NCBI GenBank assembly: GCA_012295275.1 | Contig: CM022670.1 | Coordinates: forward strand, 1,178,001-1,242,000 | DNA length: 64,000 nt | DNA from: Chrysomallon squamiferum | Lineage: Eukaryota; Animalia; Mollusca | Direction of reading: 5' to 3' | In this document: piece by piece, positions 29,124 to 39,664 of the stretch | Position numbering within the stretch: the stretch's first letter is position 1 | Layout: each line of letters starts with the position of its first letter | Translations under genes and position numbers: made by a program | The notes under the pieces: model-generated | Database searches by the model: none | The model's input: the letters and a program-made list of their open reading frames with translations, nothing else | Told to the model about the DNA's origin: nothing

Positions 29124-29190
<67 letters not shown>
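29124..29190. repeat. (GA)n microsatellite; similar tracts at about 19878-19954, 50018-50098 and 58139-58228
   Basis: Read directly from the sequence. Confidence 0.95.
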
Positions 29191-29193
<3 letters not shown>

Positions 29194-31167
29194 AAAGGAA
29201 AATATGAGATTAATTATAATTTTTGAAATCTGTTGTCTTTATATTAATAACTAAACACTTTCAATCAGTTATTCTTTTTGGGGGAAAAAATGCTAACAAA
29301 AAACCCCAAAATATTATTAAATAAATAAGTAAATAAATAAATAAAATAAATAAAAAATTAAATAATAAAATATTTTATCCCCAACACGTTAGATAATCAT
29401 AGAAGCATTTCCTATTAAACAAATAAATGAAATAAGTAGTTAAAATCTTTGCAGTTATAAAACATTTAATAACACTGTTGGACAAAAAAGAAAAGGTGAG
29501 AATCATAAAATCAAGGTCGTTGCTTTTAATAGTTTTATGGAATCGTATGGTGTTAAACATACCAAAAATACATCGAGTAGACTCGTATTATGTCAGTCGA
29601 TGGTTTTTCTCTTTTGGGGCACGAATAACCCAACACAGTAAACTTTCCATGAAAATAAATACCTTACTTCAAACAGACAGAACGTTCAAGTATTCCATTC
29701 GATTCGATTCGTTATTAATTTGTCGTTCGATGAGCAGACGGTATGTAATCGCGTCGTTCAACGAGAATATAGATGAAGTACCACAAAGAACCCGAGGAAA
29801 CCGAAACTGCCAAGTCCATTTCGATAACCTCTGGCAATTTTTGAAGTACTTAGAACAACAAAATGAGAAGATATTTCCAGATTCTCACAAACCTCCAATA
29901 ATTTTTCTGCAGTGATGAGATGGTCATTATTTCTAGATGCACTAACTGTTACTTATATCTAGTGTCAAGAAACATGTTTGAATTTTTTTTTTTTTTATTG
30001 CCTACATGTGGCAGAAATCAAGTGAAAAAATAACATAATAATAATGATGATGATGATGGTAACAGCAGGAATAACAAAATGCACTATGAACTGACTAATG
30101 TTTATTGTAGTTGCGTACCTTTACTTACAAAATGTACTGGTTCTACCAGATATTTTGTACAATAGATATTAAATAAAAATATTAACAATAAAAACAACAT
30201 TCCATTACATGCTATGAAAAAGCAACAAAATATTTATACTGTAGAAAAACACTAAATGAAGTCTAACAAAAAAGCTCAAGTAAATTTTGTTAATATCCAA
30301 GTATTTCATAATGGACACCAATGTTTACAACTAATAAAGTATAGCAATAAAATAAAGCCTTAAGATTAATAAAACTAGTCCCCTCAATTATATAATTTCT
30401 TATAGAGAAAGAACAAAAAAATTAAATAATAATAATAATAATAATAAAGAAATCATTAACAATATAAATTGTATTTTACATGCCAACTTGTTAGTATTAA
30501 AACCAAATAACAAAAAAACAATGACTATTAACAATAATAAATAAAAATATAAATATAAATGAAAAGTATAAAAACAGAAGAAAAAAAACAAAACATGTAT
30601 ATACAAAATGTATTTCTATTATTAATTTGCAAATGATACAGCTTTTTGAATCATAATAAAATTATGCTAAGTAAAAACATAAAATTAAAACACAGAAATT
30701 TAATATAACTCAACAAAACAAATACTATGATAAATTATAACAAACAGATAGCCAGTGGTGTTTCAACATTTCTTTTGAGTTATTTTCCCCAAATATTTTT
30801 GACAATTAATGAATAACAGACACTCATATTCAAACAAAATTCTGCTTTAAATGGCTGCTTGCAAAACGTTAAACAAACTGATATGGCACCTTTTCCTTCT
30901 TACTGCAATGCTAAGGTTAAAAAGTAATAATTATAAAAAAAAAAACATTTACCCTTATAAAAAAACTGTTTTCATTAAACGTTTTGGAATCTAGGTGCAT
31001 TCACATCCAAATGAATGTTCAAGATGCTTTAATATCTATCAGTAACAGAAAGATCAGATTCATTTTGTGAGGGTTTGTATGGGTTAATAATTTGCAAAGA
31101 TGTCCCAGGTCTGATGCAGCAACTTTTTCTATAAAACGAGCAGTTTGGAAATGCAGAGAGTAAAATT

Positions 31168-31233
31168 TCATGGTGCATCTGAGAGGGCTGCCACTCCCGG
31201 GAGTTCTTTACCTGTAATTATATAATTTACAAA

Positions 31234-31272
<39 letters not shown>

Positions 31273-34200
31273 CAATTTAAATAACATATTTTAAACAAAT
31301 TATTTCACAAAATGATGGCAACAACACATTATAATACATAAAAATATATCCATCTGGAATTAAATTTGGAAATTTTGTTTTCTTCATTCTTCAGTGTGTC
31401 TTATCCAAATTAGAGTAAATTTAAATTTATTTTTTCTGTGACAAACTGTGCTTCTTGCCATCTGTTTTTCTAGTCTTTTGATATGAAAATAATTACTTTT
31501 ATTTAATTACTAATTTTATTACAGCTTTAGGACAATTAAAAAAAAATAATAATAATAAAATAAAAGAATAATAAAAATAAAAAAATAAAAATAATAAAAT
31601 AACAATAATAAACCTCAGAAGTATATAGAATATATTTTGACTATTTCTTCATATGACACTTTAAATAAGAGTCTCTATTTTGAAGCTGTTTACCTTCTAA
31701 AAGTTCCAGACTTGCTCCTCCTCCAGTACTGACGTGGCTGACTTTTTCTTCAGCTCCATACTTGGCACAACAGGTAGCTGTGTCACCACCACCTGAAATT
31801 ATTATTATTATTATTATTGTTATTATTATTATTATTTATTGTTATTGTTATTGTTATTATTATTATTTATTGTTATTGTTATTCTTGTTGTTATTATTAT
31901 TTTTTAAAATTAAAATCTTAACATTTTTCAATATATTATTTTCAGTAAAATAATAATGATAAAATATTCATGAAGACAGCACTATAGGTATCATTTAATT
32001 TATCTTAATAATAAAAATATTAACATGTTTTTGGTGTTATTATATTATTATAACAACAACAATGATAATGATTATAATAATTAAAACTAATAATAATAAT
32101 AAATAAATAAATAAATAAAAATAAATAAATAAATTAAAAAAAATTCTTTTTATACCAATAATTGTTGTGCATCCTTTTTTTGTAGCACTCACAACAGCAT
32201 CCATAAGTGCTTTGGTTCCATTGGCAAAATTTGGAAACTCAAACACACCTGGTGGTCTGTGTGAAAAGAAAAGTCAAATCTTTGTTATTTATTATCTATT
32301 TTAATAAAATGTAAATTTTACAATGGCAGTTTTAACAATCAGTTTTGATGGTGTATACTAACAATTTTTACAAAAACATTATCAAAAGACAAAAGACAGG
32401 AAAAAATTGTTTTAATTTTAGGCCTTCAACATAAATAAAGAGAATTTTGCTACAAAAAATTGGCAAAAGAGGTTGATGGCATCAAAAGATTTGAGGAAGA
32501 AGCTTGATGAAAAAAATAACAGTAACAATAACAATAACAATAATAATAATAATAATAATGATAACAGTAGCAACAATAACAAAAATAACAATAATAAAAG
32601 AACTGATTTATATTACAAACCCATTCCAGACAATTGTCTTAGCTCTACCAATGGCTTCAGTGAAGGTTTTAATTGAATCTGGACCAATATCAAGACCCTG
32701 TGAAAAATGAGAAATGTTTTAAATATTTAAAAACAATTCTTATAAAGATAGATATAAATTATTTTTAAGTAAAAACAAAAATTACTTTAAAAGAACCAAT
32801 CAAAATTTTTTTTTTTTAAATTAAAAATTAAAAAGATAATAGAATATAAAATCTCCAAATTATAGTTAAAAAACAAAAACACATATATGAAAGAAAAAAA
32901 CCAATTATATTTATGTTAAAGATTTTTGTACAGCAAAATCAATTTACCAAAAAATAAATAATTACTAAAAAAAAAAGTACTATACTCACTAAATGGCCTT
33001 CAGGGATACCTGAAGAAACAGTTGCCTTGCCAACACTGGCATCCTCACCAAACTTGCTGCCTGTTACAAAGTCTGATGGGAGGTGAATTTTCACATTGTT
33101 TTTAGCTGCTTTTTCCATCAGTTTGTTAATGATCTTAAAACCTTCTTCATCAAATAAAGAGTTTCCAATCTGAAACATGCAGTGCATTAAATAATTCTGC
33201 CATCTGCATCAACACATGCACATTTAATTAAACACAAAAAAAAGAAAGAAAAATCTGATAATATTATCTTGTGTTTTTTTTAAATTATATCTAAAATATA
33301 AATAAATAAATAAACAAATCAAAAAAAAAAAAAAAAAAAAAAGGGAAAAGGAAATTCCAACACAAGTAATCATAATATTATGGGGATTAATTAACTCAAA
33401 AATTACAGGCCCACAGTTTATAGGAATAATACAAATTTCTTTTCTTTTTTTCCTTGGTAACATTTACCAGTCACAACTCTTCAACCTTAAACTGAGTTGT
33501 TTAAATTCACACCCATGTGATAATTATTTAAAACCTTACCTCCATTTTTCTGATAGCTTTAAGGAAGGTGAAAGCCATGCCACCCCCTATTATCATCTCA
33601 TTCACTTTATCCAACATGTTTTCAATGAGTTGAATTTTGTCAGCAACCTTTTGCACTGAAATAATGTAAAAATATAAGTACAGAAAAATATATATATAAT
33701 TAAATTTGGTGTTCAAATACAATAGCATATTTAAAAATGTTACACAACTCTAAGAAAAACAGTATGTATTTTAAATTTTCTTCTAATTACAATATACTGA
33801 ATCAGACAAGTAACTACTTATTTCCTCAGCATATAAGCTTTTCAAAACAATTTATTAAATCCATTTTAACATTTATATACTACAATACAAAAACCTCCAG
33901 CTTAGAATGATTAAATCACATATATAACTTAGAAATAATATTACAGAAACTTGTGGTCTTTTAAATAGATATTTAAATAATAACAAAAATAATAATAATA
34001 ATAATAAATATGTCAATAAAAAATATTTTAAACATACAAACCCTCCAAGAATGGCAAGGAATGGTCTGTCTGGGTTTTCCAGTGCTTTGGCAAAATAATC
34101 AAGTTCTTTTTTAAGTAGAAACCCTGCAGCTTTCTGTGGCAGCTTACAGCCAACCATGGAACTGAGAACACACAGATATTTTATCATTCTAAGCTTTTAA

Positions 34201-37200
34201 AACATTCTGATCATTTATATAATTTAAACACACTCATCACACAATTATGAAATAAGCATTTTAACTATATTTTAAAATAGAGAACTTCATCAATCACTGT
34301 CGATTTAAAATGAAAATTTTGTAAATTTTTATATTAGGATATATAACATTTTAAGATAGAACATTTTAAAAAGGACGATCTGAAAACTGTTCATTCTACA
34401 ATAAAGCAAGACTGTTGTGACAGAGATTAATAACATAACAAGACATTTAATAACAAAATTATAAAATTTTAAATAAACAAACAAACAAACAAATAAAAAT
34501 CAACAGAAAACACCCACCTGTGAGCTCGGTGAGCTGTGCCGAATGCATCATTAACATAAATATCACCAAGTTTGGACAGTGAAGCTTGGAAAGCTTGGAT
34601 CTGTTCTTGAGTGGCTTTTATCTGAAATTTGAAATTTGTTTTATTAAAAAGAAAAATACAAAAAGTCATTAACCCTTACCCACTAAAAAATATGAAACAA
34701 GAAAAACAACTAAAAATAAAAGTATCATTTAACCACCATTTAAAAGCCAGAAAATATATCATTTCACCATAACACTGTCAAATCTACTTAAGTATGTAGA
34801 ATAATTTATTTGCAGGGTGTTTTTCAAATAGCAATTAACAATTTGCTGCATATTACAAAGACATCGATCTAAATGATTTATCTATATCTATATATATACA
34901 CACACACAAAAAAAAACTTGATAATGATCTTCATCTTTTAACCTATACAAAATTAAATAAAATAAAATAAAATAAATAAGTAATAATGTTGGGTTATTTA
35001 GCATTAACAAAAGTCTGGTGTTTCACATGAAAGCAAATATATACCTTCTGCCCACCAGCATCAACTCCTTTACCCTCCTCCTCTACATGGAAACGGAGAT
35101 TCTCCAGGAGAATGATGGACCCCTGGGCAGGTTTGCCACAGGCAGATTCCACCTCAGGCCCCACACAGTCTTTGAGAAATCTGATGTCCCTGAAGAATAC
35201 AGAAAAACCAAAATTTCCATTATAATTATCATTTTTGTACTGTCCATGTTTAATATAAATATTTTAATTTTATGTTCCATATGCTGGAGATTAACAATCC
35301 TTTACATACATATTAGGCTGTATTACTTGCCAAAAAAACCCATAAAATATTAAAGGAAAACTGCAATATTTTTTATCATGTGATTCTTATGCTTTCTGCT
35401 GAACGCATACACTGCATAAATACTCTATGTGATCAATCCTCAATAAAATAAAACTAATTAAAATAAAAGCCTTCTATATTATAAATTTCACAAACACCAA
35501 CCAGAAAGGGACCTAATTCTGCTTCTTCAGCTATATTTTCAGAAGTTTATTCTCTTCATCTTTAGACTTGAGTAATGTTCTTATTTATTATATTTTATCC
35601 CATTATTATAAAAATAAAAAAAAAAAAAAAAAAAAAAGAAAAAGTTGTTATTAAGTATAAAATGTTAATTAAATGTCAATTCCTAAAATTACATTTATTA
35701 CAAGTCTACATACTTTCCAAGGAGTTTTTTCAGTTCGGGTACAACGGGAGCCAGGGAGAACTTCTCATTTCGCTGACCATCAGGTCTGCCCAGATGACTC
35801 ATCAACACAACCGACTTGGCTCCTTTATCAAGTGCATATTTTATTGTGGGTATGGCAGCCACAATTCTATTTTAAAATAATAATAAAAACAAGTTTTAAA
35901 ATATAATACCCTTTTTCTATTTATACAAAGTAACAGAAATAATATTAAAAATAGAAAAAAGGGAAAACTAAATTTTTGTAAATTATTAAATGTTATAAAT
36001 AATCAGGATTTGAATTCTATTTGAATTATTTAACTTAAAAGTAATCTGTACCTTAAATTAATATTATTAGTTTCAAATATTTTTATTCACAAACCAAATA
36101 TCATTGATAACTTTTGTTTCTTAGCATATGCGATGTTTTCATTAAAAAATATTTTGTAGTAGATGCTAAATAATGAAATAATTACTCAATATATTAGTGA
36201 ACTTGTTATACAATGACATCATCTGGTCTAAAATAACTGATCATTCATTAATTAGTTCAATTAAAAGACATTATTATACTGATTACATACATACCTCTGA
36301 TTATTTGTAATTTGACCATCTTTCAAGGGAACATTGAAGTCAACCCTTAAAATAAATATGATTTATACGTGATATTAAAGTTCACATAAAATCAGTCTAT
36401 CCACACATATCTGTTAGACTGCTAAAATGAATATTTTATTACCAAAGAGCTCTAGGTAAAATGCTTCATTATTTCATAATTACACTACTAAAATTATGTG
36501 GAGAAAAACACAATAAAAATCCAACAGAATCTATAAAAATTGTGAATATTTTCTTTTGATATTCAACTTTTTAAAACTCCCTCTATGTTTCTGTATTAAA
36601 ACACTTTACAGCTTATTCAAGCACTGCAATGATTTTTATTCAGACCACAAATGGTATCTACTTAGCCAGGATTTAAATTGACTCATTATGATGTGAAATG
36701 CCCACAACAACAAATAAAAAAAAAAATAATAATAATAAATAAATAAATAAATAAATAAGGAGAAGAAGAAAGAAAACAGAACTTATTTATTTATTTTTTT
36801 ATTTATTTTTTCACGTTATTACATTTTTTGTAAATTGATGAATTGTGTGCAGTAAAAATTCTTTATGACATATTATACATTGCTAAAAAGACACTGGTAA
36901 AGCTTTCTGCTTTGATGAAGTTTCATATTCAATAGAAACACCCAACAGTGATGTCAAATGTTTATATCTGGCACGAATCCTAACAAGTTCATCAAAGAAA
37001 ATTTCATTCGTTACATCATCAAGTGGGAAGGAAGTAATCATTTCATTCAATCCAGTAAGGCATTTTTTAATTCGCGGTTTAACGTCACTATTCTTCAGTA
37101 TTAACTGAACTATTTCTATATATCCCGTGTAGAATCCTATCTCAGCAGCTACTGACAAACCTTTGTCAAATCCAAAATTGTGTCCATCAATTAATCCAAC

Positions 37201-37564
37201 ACGCTGACCTTTCTCAAGGCCTTCAGAAAATCCAAATTCAGAACTTAAATTTTCGGCCATTCTCTAAATAGAGAGCAACCAAAGTATGTCAAAAATTAAC
37301 AGAGAGTCGCAATACGGTCAGACAACCTAGTTCTGTAAACACAGTTTAATTAAACAGATTAGCAAACTGTTCAAACTTGGATAATCTTCAGCAACAGATT
37401 TACATTTCAAGGTCACTATTCGTAAACTAGAAGTCAAGGACGCAACCGGTATGTTGCTAATGCAGACAAAAAAAAGCAAATATATGTGATCAAAATACTT
37501 ACCGTATTAAAACTCTTTTACCTTTTACATCAACTTGATCTATACTAAGTTTTTTAAGTGCCAT
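31168..37564 (-). CDS. PGK1: Phosphoglycerate kinase, 12 coding exons (416 aa if one extra base in exon 7 is removed)
   Basis: Exons on the minus strand: 37564-37503, 36345-36295, 35866-35714, 35189-35045, 34621-34518, 34161-34042, 33655-33540, 33169-32990, 32697-32621, 32256-32156, 31792-31694, 31211-31168, all GT-AG. Motifs: [103 protein letters not shown]. Exons sum to 1252 nt (3n+1) because of the apparent extra base at 33649-33652. Confidence 0.96.
36883..37260 (-). CDS. LTO1: LTO1/ORAOV1 homolog (Yae1_N-type GxxxG protein, CIA adaptor for ABCE1/Rli1 maturation), nested in PGK intron 1
   Basis: Intact 125-aa ORF with the repeated GX3 pattern ([34 protein letters not shown]), then MITSFPLDD...[17 protein letters not shown] and C-terminal VSF. 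This parallels human ORAOV1 as recalled (EIGCYQG, MIQKFPYDD, IRGKFKQFCSLL, LSF). A polypyrimidine tract and AG lie directly before the ATG, and AATAAA-containing sequence lies downstream at about 36790-36810 on the minus strand. Confidence 0.88.
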   Translation of the reverse strand: MAENLSSEFGFSEGLEKGQRVGLIDGHNFGFDKGLSVAAEIGFYTGYIEIVQLILKNSDVKPRIKKCLTGLNEMITSFPLDDVTNEIFFDELVRIRARYKHLTSLLGVSIEYETSSKQKALPVSF

Positions 37565-38704
37565 CTTAATTTATGTCAATAAAAAACAACGGTTTAAATA
37601 TTTCGTTAACAGCAGAACGTAATGATTTTTAACAAACAAGGAAAGGTAACTCTGATGATCCAATTTACAAGGCTACAATGGTATCCCAAAATAATTAAAT
37701 ATCAGAAACTAAAGAAATTATATTCAGTTAAGGAAAATTTTAAATGTTTTAATGTCAAAATAGCAGTTAAGTAGAAAATTGAAATGATATGATTTATGGG
37801 AAGAATTACCACATGCAGTTATTTTATGTAAAGATAGTTTGTTACATTTCTTCAATATCCACATTTACTCTCGAGTGTATGTATAATATCTTTCTTATTG
37901 TTTTCTTTTTTGCTAAAACAAAAACAATAAAATTAATTTTTGAAAAACTGTCTGATATTAAAACTGTTTGATGTTAAACGTATTATTGGTGAATTCAACA
38001 GAATGTTGTTGAGGAACAATAACACTAAAGGAAGGAGCTTTCAACAAAAAGGTGGAAATGTGGAACTGCAGAATTAAAACAAATATATATACATTTCCGG
38101 AAATCACTTCCTGAAACAAAATTTGTGAAAATATAAAAAAAAAATTGATGTTGAACAAGACACGTACGTGATATTCAGTGCACACTATGGCTTGCCTGTC
38201 AACCACACCTGAATCTTCTATATTTAATTATTAATTTTTATAGAAAGTAGAGTTTTATATGATTGTTCTGAAAAACACTGACACAGTGAGTGAGTGACAG
38301 TGACTCTTGAGTGACACCGAAAGCGAAAAGAAGTCTCATATCGAGATAAGACGAAATAGGAGTAGTCCTTTCCATTTGAGACTGACATCTAGAATACATA
38401 TTTGTAAGTCTAAGCTGCACGTTTTTAAATTATAACATAGAATAAATCCATAGTAATTTCAAGTCTTATTTTCTTAATAATTAAGAATCACTATTATCAA
38501 AATAATGCAAGATTTATTTAAGTTTTAGCATGAACACCACGTATTTTATTTGTAAAGTAAGTAAGCTACTTACTTTTGTTTTACTATGCCTTACAGATGT
38601 AAAGATGAATAATATAAGCTCATAGGAAACATACATACAGTTACAAAATAGTTTATTGCGTTAAAAAAAAGAAATACATTTCAAAATCTCTTATTTAAAT
38701 TTAG
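37565..38704. promoter_or_regulatory. Divergent promoter region shared by PGK/LTO1 (-) and MTMR2-like (+)
   Basis: The start codons face away from each other about 1.14 kb apart. The region contains the palindromes ATTTCCGGAAAT (38093-38104, ETS core on both strands) and CACGTACGTG (38161-38170), plus CACTTCCTG at 38105-38113. Transcription start sites cannot be placed from sequence alone. Confidence 0.55.
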
Positions 38705-38708
38705 AGTG

Positions 38709-38955
38709 ATGGATCAACATGATGATCAAGATGATGGCTCTGAATCCTTGTCTGTACGTCCAAAAGCTCGCAGCACTGATCTTGTTTCAAATATAACAAC
38801 ATCATCAGACCAGCTGACAACCAAGTCTAGTGATTCACCTGCCACCAGTTCAAAAGGAAGTGCAGGTTCTCCATCAAAGTCACTTTGTTCTTCCACATCT
38901 ACCTCATCAGAAAACATGCCATCAGCACAAGAAATGAAGGTGATACCTTACTTTA

Positions 38956-38988
<33 letters not shown>

Positions 38989-39628
38989 ACCTTTATATTT
39001 AGACATTATTTTTTTTAATTCTTAAGTTAAGGTACAAACCTTTTTAATGAATATTCGTTTGACTGAGCACAGTTTTAATTATTGTTAGATTATATGTTGT
39101 TTTGTTATCATTAAATTCAGCTTTGTTTTCTTCGATAAAATTAAAAAAAATATATATTTTGGAAAATAATTTAAGTGATTTATGAGTGCTACTACAAGTA
39201 TCAAATAAGTAATATATATTATATATATTTAAATCTATTTTTTTCACTTAGTTATGTTACTTAAAAGTATGCATGATGCACATGAGTATTAAATCTGCAC
39301 ATAGTTCACCTTTTGCAGCAACTGATTTAAAGTGTATGTTCCTGTATTCTTGTAAAGGTTTTGCGAGATATAACAAAACTAGGACAATCAGACGAACCAC
39401 CTCTTCTTGGTGGTGAGCTTGTTCATGGAAAAGGTAAAAACAAAATAATAATTTTTTCTGATGTCTTTTTAAACCACATAGATATTATTAAATAACTCAA
39501 AACTCCAGGTATCATTTAACAACAATATCAGCATTTGTAGTAATGAAATTGTTGTATCAGCTGGATATATATATATTTTTTTAGCACATATTGTAGAATT
39601 TTGTATTTTATCAGGTTTATATTATAAA

Positions 39629-39664
<36 letters not shown>

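Noticed and set aside
31168-37564. Calling PGK a pseudogene
   Set aside because: The only lesion is a single base in a homopolymer. All 11 introns and the other catalytic motifs are intact, so an assembly error or rare allele is more likely.
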